Shown here in pieces: positions 9,891 to 17,930 of a DNA stretch of 64,000 bases. Each line of letters begins with the position of its first letter. The first letter of the stretch is position 1. Made by a program: the position numbers and the translations under genes. Source of the DNA: Armatimonadota bacterium (lineage in GTDB: Bacteria; Armatimonadota; Fimbriimonadia; Fimbriimonadales; Fimbriimonadaceae); NCBI GenBank assembly GCA_031400935.1, contig JANNQV010000027.1:124001-188000 (forward strand), read 5' to 3'. Under the pieces are notes generated by a model, which saw nothing but the letters and a program-made list of their open reading frames with translations, was not told the DNA's origin and searched no databases.

Positions 9891-11440
9891 TGTACTCGGA
9901 ATATGCCATCGAGCTGTACGTTCCGCGTGAACATCGAGGACTTGTTTTGAAAGCGTACGCAGGAATAGGTAAGACAGCGACGCCTGAGCGATCCGCAAGA
10001 AAGGTTTTAAGATCGTGCGCTGAATTCGATCCATCCGGAAACAAGCAAACATCCGACTTGAAGTCTGCCTTGCTAAAGGCGGGGATTCAGAACGGAATGG
10101 TAGTTTCCACTCACCACCATTTGCGAAATGGCGATCATGTCGCAGGTCAGCTCTTTGCGGCAGCCGCTGAACTTGGAATCAAAGATTTGATATGGTTTCC
10201 CTCTGCTGTTTTTCCTTGCCATGAATCTCTGATTCCGTACCTTGAAAATGGAACGATCCATCACATTCAAGGGAGCCTCAATGGCCCTATAGGCGATTTT
10301 GCATCGCGAGGCAAGATGCATGACCTGGCACTCCTTCGTTCGCATGGTTCGCGCTACAGAGCCATCCAAGATGGAGATATTTCTGTTGGCATTGCCGTAA
10401 TTGCGGCTCCGTCTTGTGACCATTTTGGAAACATGACAGGCGCGATTGGTCCTTCGGCATGTGGCGTTCTCGGATTTGCCGTTGCGGATGCGGAATACGC
10501 CAACCATGTCATTGCTGTAACCGATAATCTGGTTCCATTTCCATGCGCTCCATGGCAAATCGCCGGAAACAATGTGGATCAAGTCGTTGTCGTTGATTCG
10601 ATTGGTGATCCCGCTGGAATCGTATCTGGCACAACTCAAATCACTCGATCTCCAGAGCGGCAATTTATTGCCGAACTAGCTGTTCAGTTTGTTATTGAAG
10701 CAGAAATATTGAAGGAGGGTTGGTCATTTCAGGCTGGTGCAGGCGGAACTTCATTGGCGTTTACAGCCTATGCGGCTAGAGAAATGCGAGAAAGAGGAAT
10801 TCGGGCGAGTTTCGTTCGAGGCGGAAGCACGGCTGTTGCCGTCGAAATGCTCGAATCGGGTCAAACCAGTTTTCTGCTAGACGGCCAAACTTTTGATCTT
10901 GAAGGTGTTCGATCCGTACGCGAAAACCCAAATCACGTCATGACATCGCCATTCAACAGCTACAACTATCACGGAAAAGGGAACATTGCTTCCATTCTCG
11001 ACTGTGCAGTTCTGGGGGCAACCGAAATTGACTTGGATTTCAACGCAAACGTCGTGACTCATTCCGATGGTCGAATGCTCCATGGAATCGGAGGATGGCA
11101 AGATGCGCTCTTTAGCAAATGCACCATTCTCGCCGTACCGAGCATGAGAAATCGAGTCCCGGTGATTCGCGAAAAGCTGACCACATTTTGCGGTCCGGGC
11201 GAACTGATTGACGTTGTCGTAACAGAAACTGGAGTCGCGATCAATCCGCTTCGCAAAGACTTGATTCAAGCCGTTTCAGGTTTAAATCTACCTCTAGTCA
11301 CCCTTCAAGAAATCAAAGACAGCTCCGAAAAAATGGCGGGCGGTCCTCCAAAACCGGCTTCACAAGCAGGGCGAATCATTGGACTAGTCAGTTGGGTGGA
11401 TGGAACCATTATTGATGTTATTCGGCAAATTGAAATTTAA
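9887..11440 (+). CDS. citF: Citrate lyase alpha subunit / citrate CoA-transferase
   Basis: HHHLRNGD, RSHGSR, FQAGAGG, LGATEIDLDFNANV, PGELIDVVVTE. Confidence 0.9.
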   Translation: MMYSEYAIELYVPREHRGLVLKAYAGIGKTATPERSARKVLRSCAEFDPSGNKQTSDLKSALLKAGIQNGMVVSTHHHLRNGDHVAGQLFAAAAELGIKDLIWFPSAVFPCHESLIPYLENGTIHHIQGSLNGPIGDFASRGKMHDLALLRSHGSRYRAIQDGDISVGIAVIAAPSCDHFGNMTGAIGPSACGVLGFAVADAEYANHVIAVTDNLVPFPCAPWQIAGNNVDQVVVVDSIGDPAGIVSGTTQITRSPERQFIAELAVQFVIEAEILKEGWSFQAGAGGTSLAFTAYAAREMRERGIRASFVRGGSTAVAVEMLESGQTSFLLDGQTFDLEGVRSVRENPNHVMTSPFNSYNYHGKGNIASILDCAVLGATEIDLDFNANVVTHSDGRMLHGIGGWQDALFSKCTILAVPSMRNRVPVIREKLTTFCGPGELIDVVVTETGVAINPLRKDLIQAVSGLNLPLVTLQEIKDSSEKMAGGPPKPASQAGRIIGLVSWVDGTIIDVIRQIEI

Positions 11441-11455
11441 ATTTCGTGAAATGAT

Positions 11456-12655
11456 ATGTCACTTCTCTACATCCTCGCAATCACCATGTCCCTCTCTGAA
11501 CAGCAACCACCCAGTTTTAAGGCTCCGGCACTGCTGCCCGACAGCAACTTTTTGGGTTTTGACACAAACCGACTTGCGTTGCTCAATCGTCGGCTGAAAG
11601 AGCAAGTTTTGTCAGGAAAAACGTCAGGAACGGTGACTCTTGTCGTGCGCAATGGAAAGACGATCCACTTCGAAGCTAACGGGTGGTCGAATATTGAAAA
11701 AAGAGAAGCAATGAGCCGAAATTCAATGTTCCAAATTTGGTCTATGACAAAACCTGTAACCGCTACCGCGGTCGCAATCGCTGCAGAAGAAGGGCTTTTG
11801 AACCTTGACGATCCTATTGAGAAGTATTTGCCATCCTTCAAAACTGTGCAAGTAAAATCTTTCGATTCAACGGTTCCTCTGACGAAGAAACCAACAATTC
11901 GCCATTTGTTAACCCACACTTCAGGGATCAGCTCAAATGACCCTGGCGGAATTTCAGACGATGAAAAATTCAAGCTGACCTTGAAGGAATATGCTAGCCG
12001 ACTTGGCAAAGCACCATTGGAAACCCAGCCTGGTTCAACGATTGCTTATAGTGGGGTCGGATTCTCAACGGCAGCCGCAATAGTTGAAATTGTATCAAAA
12101 ATGCCGTTTGAGAAGTATGTTCAATTACGAATTTTTGATCCTCTCGGAATGAAAAATACTCATTTCTTTTTGCCTTCTTCAGATTTTTCAAGATTAGCTA
12201 CCACCTACGGGAAAAACGACGGCGACGTATTGGTCCCATTTGCTCATGACGCTACGCGAAAGGGCGCACGATTCGCAAATGGCGCAGGCGGACTCTATTC
12301 GACCGCTGAAGACATGATGCGATTTATCCTTGCGTTTACAGGTCAGAAGACCAAAAAAGGGCTCTCCCCAGCTTCAATTCGAGTAATGACCAGATTGCAA
12401 ACTGGAGACTTGCAAATGGACGGCGGCGATGAGCGTGGGTTTGGGCTGGGATGGTCAGTTGTTCGAAATCCTGGCGGGCAAATGCACCTCAAGTCCATCG
12501 GCACATTTGGGCACACAGGGGCGTTTGGAACAGAATTTTGGCATGATCCCAAAACTGGGATAACCGCGGTCTACTTGACGCAAGGGTTTGGCCTTTCAGA
12601 TGCTCCTCGCAAGTCGTTTACAACAATGGTAAATGCAGCATTTACTGGCGAATAA
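11456..12655 (+). CDS. Secreted serine hydrolase, beta-lactamase-like family
   Basis: SMTK (SxxK), LLTHTSG, YSG, FGHTG; signal-like N-terminus. Confidence 0.85.
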   Translation: MSLLYILAITMSLSEQQPPSFKAPALLPDSNFLGFDTNRLALLNRRLKEQVLSGKTSGTVTLVVRNGKTIHFEANGWSNIEKREAMSRNSMFQIWSMTKPVTATAVAIAAEEGLLNLDDPIEKYLPSFKTVQVKSFDSTVPLTKKPTIRHLLTHTSGISSNDPGGISDDEKFKLTLKEYASRLGKAPLETQPGSTIAYSGVGFSTAAAIVEIVSKMPFEKYVQLRIFDPLGMKNTHFFLPSSDFSRLATTYGKNDGDVLVPFAHDATRKGARFANGAGGLYSTAEDMMRFILAFTGQKTKKGLSPASIRVMTRLQTGDLQMDGGDERGFGLGWSVVRNPGGQMHLKSIGTFGHTGAFGTEFWHDPKTGITAVYLTQGFGLSDAPRKSFTTMVNAAFTGE

Positions 12656-12724
12656 GTTTAGTGTACGAATGAAAGAGCCGATTCCAATTGAAAGCGGCTC
12701 CTCTAGAATTGGATACGATTGAAT

Positions 12725-13537
12725 CTATTTGCGTCGTCGTCGCAAGAGTCCAAGAACTCCAACGCCCAAGGCAAGCATGGTTGCTGGTTCTGGCACTAGT
12801 TTCAAATTATTGACGTAAAAGTCGCCATTCGTGTTGAATGTGTAGAACTGGGCTGCTTGGAGTGCTACTCCAGACGAAATGAAGACACCCGTGATCGTCG
12901 TCGTTGAACCGCCGAAAGGCGTAAGATCCAAACGATAGTTACTACCACCGGTCATGCTCAGCGCCAAGTCAAGACGCTGTCCGCCTACGACTGATAGAGA
13001 AGTTGGGGTTGATCCTGCTGCGTCGCCAATTGTCCAAAAACCGCCGCCAGCACCATTTACGCTGACCATATCGCGATTTGGGTTGCCAACGTTTACGCTT
13101 CGAAACTCAACGCCAAAAGCGCCTTGAGTGTTCGCTTGACCGGCATTTCCGCCGCCCGCCATTATGCTGGCCGAAAGCACTTGGCCAACAGTCATTGGAA
13201 GTAAAAGCCTGCGCCTTGCATCGGCTCCGCTAAATGCTTCGGTTCCAGCCCGTAGTCCGAATTGCTGCGAACCCATATTTAGGCCAACTGGCAGATTTGT
13301 GATAAGCGTCGTGCCCTGATTTGGGAAGGTGCCATAACCGCCACGTTGCCATGGATTGAAGCCGAAGCCTCCGTTGAGTCCGTTCAGGGCCAGGGATTGG
13401 TTACCGAGCGGCGTCCCAACTTGGATGTACTCGTTGCCAACTGTATAGACGGCATTCGATGCGTTGTCAGCAGCAATCTGCGCATACGCAGAAACTGCGA
13501 GGCAGGAGCCTAGAGCAAGAATTAGAGTTTTTTTCAT
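12725..13537 (-). CDS. PEP-CTERM sorting domain protein
   Basis: Signal peptide ending AYA; C-terminus VPEPATMLALGVGVLGLLRRRRK. Confidence 0.92.
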   Translation of the reverse strand: MKKTLILALGSCLAVSAYAQIAADNASNAVYTVGNEYIQVGTPLGNQSLALNGLNGGFGFNPWQRGGYGTFPNQGTTLITNLPVGLNMGSQQFGLRAGTEAFSGADARRRLLLPMTVGQVLSASIMAGGGNAGQANTQGAFGVEFRSVNVGNPNRDMVSVNGAGGGFWTIGDAAGSTPTSLSVVGGQRLDLALSMTGGSNYRLDLTPFGGSTTTITGVFISSGVALQAAQFYTFNTNGDFYVNNLKLVPEPATMLALGVGVLGLLRRRRK

Positions 13538-13877
13538 TGTGATCCCTCAATTTGGATAGCCTCCGATTCGCCAGCAAAGTTGCTGTGACCAAACGGTTGG
13601 TCATCCTAAGATCATATTACTTGCATTGATGTTAAGATAAGCGGAAAAAAATAATAACTGGCAAAAATACTTTCGACTCCCAGCTCATTTGAACCTAAGG
13701 GTGCTTTTTCGTATCCATTCACATGAGATGAATGAAGAAATTACATTGCTATCTTATTAGGCTATTAGGACATGCAGGCAGTCGGGAAGTACTTATTATC
13801 GTCTTCGGATTGTTCATTATGTCAAGCCGACCCATTCGCCTCTGTATCCAGAATATAGGAAAACAGTTCATGATTTT

Positions 13878-13904
13878 CCAATATTGACCTAAGGTCAATA
13901 TTGG
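13878..13904. promoter_or_regulatory. Perfect 13-1-13 inverted repeat, candidate operator
   Basis: CCAATATTGACCT-A-AGGTCAATATTGG in the AT-rich region upstream of the PEP-CTERM gene. Confidence 0.45.
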
Positions 13905-13953
13905 GCCATTAATAATCTTTGAGCAAGACGGATGGCAACCAACGTGTCAACTC

Positions 13954-13981
13954 AAAAACCTACCCTTCAAGGATAGGTTTT
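13954..13981 (-). terminator. Intrinsic terminator downstream of tRNA-Asn
   Basis: Minus strand AAAACCTATCC-TTGAA-GGGTAGGTTTTT. Confidence 0.65.
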
Positions 13982-13993
13982 AGGTTCAAAAAG

Positions 13994-14068
13994 TGGCTGC
14001 CGCAATAAGATTCGAACTTATGACCCGCTGATTAACAGTCAGCTGCTCTACCGCTGAGCTATGCGGCA
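13994..14068 (-). tRNA. tRNA-Asn (GTT)
   Basis: Cloverleaf: TGCCGCA acceptor stem, GCTGA-CT-GTT-AA-TCAGC anticodon arm, TTCGAAT T-loop, encoded CCA. Confidence 0.97.
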
Positions 14069-14203
14069 GCGTGGAGGCGAGATATTACCTTATCGGCAAC
14101 TGAAATGCGAAGCATTAGTACTGCCAAGACTTAGAAAAACACTTCCAAGAAAATAGTTGAGAACGAAGCTCGTAATCGGTTACATCTTTCGTCCTTAAAG
14201 ATC

Positions 14204-14878
14204 ATGAATATTCGAATTCTAGTTGGAATTGGCGTAGTGATATGTGGCTCTGCAATCGCATGGTCGCTCCAAACTGCGCGACTCTTCATCAATGGAAAAC
14301 CAGCTTCAAGTTCCGTCATTGAACGAAACGGGGTTGCCTACGTGCCTGTGAAAGATGTAGCTGCCGCATTAGGATGGAAGTTGCAAAAGACTGGGCGTGG
14401 GTACGAAATCGCTGATGCCGGAGGCGCAAATATGATCGAAGGCATCTCGGGCAAGGTTGGCGATCAACTGTTCAACGGCGTAGCTAGGTTTCAGGTGGTC
14501 AAAGTGATTCGAGGCAAAACTTACGTCAATCAGTTCAGCGGAGACAAGCAAGAAGTTACGCCGATTGGCGACGACAACGACGTTGTTATCATCATTTGTA
14601 GGATCAAAAATGGCACCAAAGAATCGCAAACAGCGAATCTTCCTTCAGGTCCAGAGACTGGTCTGACCGACACCGCAGAACGATCCTACGGACCAAGGAC
14701 TGGGCTTTCAATTGATGTTCCATCACGAGGGCCCTCGCTACTTCCTGGAGCCGCAGTAGACTTCGCTCTAACTTTCGATGTTCCAGCCAGCGCAGTACTA
14801 AAAGATCTCGTCTATCAGGTTCAATTTTTTGGAACGCCCGGAGCTGAAAGGAAAAAGTTTCGGGTGAGCCTGCAGTAG
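14204..14878 (+). CDS. Secreted hypothetical protein (stalk/copper-amine-oxidase N-terminal-like domain plus DUF4352-like Ig domain)
   Basis: Signal peptide; NGVAYVPVKDVAAALG; LLPGAAVDFALTFDVP. Confidence 0.6.
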   Translation: MNIRILVGIGVVICGSAIAWSLQTARLFINGKPASSSVIERNGVAYVPVKDVAAALGWKLQKTGRGYEIADAGGANMIEGISGKVGDQLFNGVARFQVVKVIRGKTYVNQFSGDKQEVTPIGDDNDVVIIICRIKNGTKESQTANLPSGPETGLTDTAERSYGPRTGLSIDVPSRGPSLLPGAAVDFALTFDVPASAVLKDLVYQVQFFGTPGAERKKFRVSLQ

Positions 14879-14888
14879 GGACACTGAT

Positions 14889-15008
14889 GTCGGTTAGCGG
14901 TTGTCAGTCGCTGTCTTGCTTTCAAATCTGCAACCTCAAAGAAACGTTGTCAACTGCTCGCAATATTAACAGAAGCAACCAATAGCCAATAACCGACAAC
15001 CGACAACT
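14889..15008. repeat. Degenerate heptamer repeats in two complementary arms
   Basis: GTCGGTTAGCGGTTGTCAGTCGCTGTC ... AACCAATAGCCAATAACCGACAACCGACAAC. Confidence 0.6.
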
Positions 15009-15046
15009 CCGCCACTTCCCCTTAAAGTACACTTGCACAAGACAAA

Positions 15047-16015
15047 ATGCCCAGCAATCGCGATCTCGAATTCATGAAAGTCACTGAATCCGCCGCTTTA
15101 GCGTCGGCGCGATGGGTTGGCAAAGGCGACCGAAACAACGCAGACCAAGCTGCATGTGAAGGCATGCGCTCCATGCTGAATACGATGCACATGGACGGCA
15201 CAATCGTTATCGGCGAAGGCGAGCGCGACGAAGCCCCTATGCTTTTCATTGGCGAGAAAGTTGGCACGGGCGAAGGCCCAGGAATTCAAATTGCCGTTGA
15301 CCCGCTCGAAGGCACCAACCTTTGTGCGAACGGAACTCCAAATGCGATTTCAGTTCTAGCCGCGGCAGTCGAAGGCGAAGGCTTCCTAATGCACGCGCCC
15401 GATACGTACATGGATAAGCTCGTGGTTGGTGCCGAATGCCGAGGAGTGATTGACATCACTTTGCCCCCCCGAGTGAACCTACGATTAATGTCAAAGGCAC
15501 TTGGAAAAGATATTGACGAACTGATTATTGGAATTCTGGAACGGCCAAGACACGATGCAATGATTGCTGAGATTCGGGAAACGGGAGCTAGGGTTCATCT
15601 AGTTTCGGATGGTGACCTCGCTTTGGCAATCGCTGCGCTCAATCCAGATGCTGGCCTAGATGGACTTTTTGGAATCGGAGGAGCGCCCGAAGGCGTAATC
15701 ACCGCCGCCGCTGTGCTCTGCAATGGCGGGGAAATGCAGGCACGCCTGAAGTTCCGCAACGACGACGAGCGCGCCCGCGCTGAGAAAATGATGACTGGCG
15801 ACATTGACCGGGTCCTCCATACAGAGGATTTGGCTTCAGGGAATGTCATTTTCGCGGCAACGGGAATCACTAGCGGCGATCTCCTTAAGGGAGTTCGGTA
15901 CAAGCGTGGTTTGGCACTGACAGAAAGCATCGTAATGGATTCTACGAGCGGAACCGTTCGAAGAATTGAAACTCAGCACCGCTATGATGAACGTGGCGAG
16001 CTGATCGGGAGATAA
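15047..16015 (+). CDS. glpX: Fructose-1,6-bisphosphatase class II
   Basis: VTESAAL, VIGEGERDEAPML, AVDPLEGT, DGD, GIGGAPEGV, FAATGIT. Confidence 0.97.
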   Translation: MPSNRDLEFMKVTESAALASARWVGKGDRNNADQAACEGMRSMLNTMHMDGTIVIGEGERDEAPMLFIGEKVGTGEGPGIQIAVDPLEGTNLCANGTPNAISVLAAAVEGEGFLMHAPDTYMDKLVVGAECRGVIDITLPPRVNLRLMSKALGKDIDELIIGILERPRHDAMIAEIRETGARVHLVSDGDLALAIAALNPDAGLDGLFGIGGAPEGVITAAAVLCNGGEMQARLKFRNDDERARAEKMMTGDIDRVLHTEDLASGNVIFAATGITSGDLLKGVRYKRGLALTESIVMDSTSGTVRRIETQHRYDERGELIGR

Positions 16016-16020
16016 GTCCT

Positions 16021-16132
16021 TTGTGGATTGTGGATTGAGGATGAGAGCGGAATGCCGAGAGCGAAGAGCGGACCGAAAACCAACAACCATCCGCCAACTG
16101 CTATCCGCTAGCTGCTAACACGCTATCTCCAC
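16021..16132. repeat. Degenerate heptamer repeat tract (G-rich arm then C-rich arm)
   Basis: TTGTGGA x2; GAGAGCG-like units; then CCAACAA, CCGCCAA, CTGCTAT, CCGCTAG, CTGCTAA. Confidence 0.55.
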
Positions 16133-16187
16133 TAGGACTAAAGTTCAAATTCGTCGCGAATCCACAATTATCCCGTAAACTGTTACC

Positions 16188-17675
16188 ATGAAGCCCACGC
16201 TTGATGATCGCGAGAAGATCTCGCATCTCCTTCGCCGATTTGGATTTGGCGCGACGCCAGAGGAAATTGACTCTTATCTCAAGCTTGGCGTTGACGGAGC
16301 GATTGAAAGTCTGCTCAATTTTGAGAAAGTGGACGAGGGATTTCCCATAAGTCCTTGGGAGTTTTGCTTCGAGGAAGGCAAAGACGAGGTCTATCTCGAT
16401 CCGTTCAGAGTAGTCGGTTGGTGGGGATTGCGAATGGTGCTAACCAAACGACCCCTTCAAGAAAAGCTGACTCTCTTTTGGCATGACCATTTTGCGGTAA
16501 GTGCGACGAAGGTTGAACTAGGTCCCTCAATGCTTGGCTACCTTGAGGCGATTCGAAAGAATTGCTCAGGCAAGTTCGAAACGATTCTAATGGCGATGGC
16601 AAGAGATCCTGCCATGATGCAATGGCTCGACACCATTTCAAATGAAAAGGGACGTCCTAACGAAAACTTCGGTAGAGAACTCTTGGAGCTTTTCACGTTA
16701 GGAATCGGAAATTACTCTGAGCAGGACATCAAAGAGGCTTCGCGCGCGTTTACCGGTTGGGGTATTCGATACCTTCTCTTCGAACAAGGAGGCGAAAAGG
16801 TTCAGGAAGTCGCGAAAGATTGCATCAAAACGGGAAGGCCGATGCTTTCCTATTGCTACAGTGACGATCTCCACGACCACGGCACAAAAACCGTAATGGG
16901 GCAAACGAAGAACTGGACTGGCGAGCAAGTGGTTGAGATGTTGGCGGCTCGTCCCGAAACGGCTCGATATTTGGCGAAGAAATTGTGGAGCTTTTTTGCA
17001 TATCCCGATCCTGCTCCTGCAATTGTGGAACGCTTGGCCAAGGCTTATCAGGATTCAGGGCAAAGAATAAAAGACGTGCTGAGGGCGATGACAAAAACCC
17101 CAGAGTTTTGGAGCGAAAGGTGCGTTCGTCAACGAGTGAAATCTCCAATCGAATACACGGTTTCTATCGTTCGGCAACTTGGCGTATCGCAATTTCTGGC
17201 ATTGCTTCATGGGCCGAATCCGTCTCCGATGAAGCCCATTGCACAACCCCTTCGCGAAGCCGCAGGCGGCGTAACCGGGCTGGCGTTTCAGCAGGGAATG
17301 CTTTTGCTGTATCCGCCCGATGTTGATGGTTGGGAATGGGGATCAGCATGGATCACTACGGATTCGATGACAAAGCGAATTCAGATGGCCGACCTATTAA
17401 TGCTTGGAGGCGCTCCCAAACAAGACTTCGGGCTTGCCAACGCTGTCACCTTGCGGCTGAAAGCTCATGGAAGCGTAGCAAGTAGCCAAGAGATAGCCAG
17501 TTCATTGGCAACGGTATTTGATGCCAAACTCACTGCCGAACAGCTAACGATTATGGCTCAAGCTTGTGATCGTGCCGGCGGCCCTGGGAGCCTCAACAGC
17601 CCGGAAGCTACGGCAAAGATGTATGCGTCCATGTTTCGGCTGCTTTTCGGTTGCCCTGAGTTTCAGTATTGTTGA
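16188..17675 (+). CDS. DUF1800 family protein
   Basis: HLLRRFGFG, LQEKLTLFWHDHFA, PNENFGRELLELFTLG, EASRAFTGW, KSPIE, PPDVDGW, PEFQ. Confidence 0.92.
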   Translation: MKPTLDDREKISHLLRRFGFGATPEEIDSYLKLGVDGAIESLLNFEKVDEGFPISPWEFCFEEGKDEVYLDPFRVVGWWGLRMVLTKRPLQEKLTLFWHDHFAVSATKVELGPSMLGYLEAIRKNCSGKFETILMAMARDPAMMQWLDTISNEKGRPNENFGRELLELFTLGIGNYSEQDIKEASRAFTGWGIRYLLFEQGGEKVQEVAKDCIKTGRPMLSYCYSDDLHDHGTKTVMGQTKNWTGEQVVEMLAARPETARYLAKKLWSFFAYPDPAPAIVERLAKAYQDSGQRIKDVLRAMTKTPEFWSERCVRQRVKSPIEYTVSIVRQLGVSQFLALLHGPNPSPMKPIAQPLREAAGGVTGLAFQQGMLLLYPPDVDGWEWGSAWITTDSMTKRIQMADLLMLGGAPKQDFGLANAVTLRLKAHGSVASSQEIASSLATVFDAKLTAEQLTIMAQACDRAGGPGSLNSPEATAKMYASMFRLLFGCPEFQYC

Positions 17676-17700
17676 GCCATGAGTCACCTTAGATTTCGCT

Positions 17701-17829
17701 CCTTTGAAGGAGGGACAAAGGGTGGATGGCGACCATTTCCCAACCGGACGCAACTCATTGGGTTCAGAAAAGTCGTTTCTATACAATTGTGAGATTTGCG
17801 CCACCCATCCTCGGTCCTTCCTTCAAAGG
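17701..17829. repeat. REP/MITE-like long inverted repeat (31-bp arms)
   Basis: Arms 17701-17731 and 17799-17829: 26 of 31 Watson-Crick pairs plus 2 G-T; followed by an A/C-rich heptamer tract to about 17905. Confidence 0.75.
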
Positions 17830-17930
17830 AAGGGAGCTAGACCTCCGAGGTTCAACGACTAACTGACAATCGAATAACCAACATCCGAACAACTAACAAC
17901 CAGTCCGTAGAGTAATCTCAACCCTATCCT

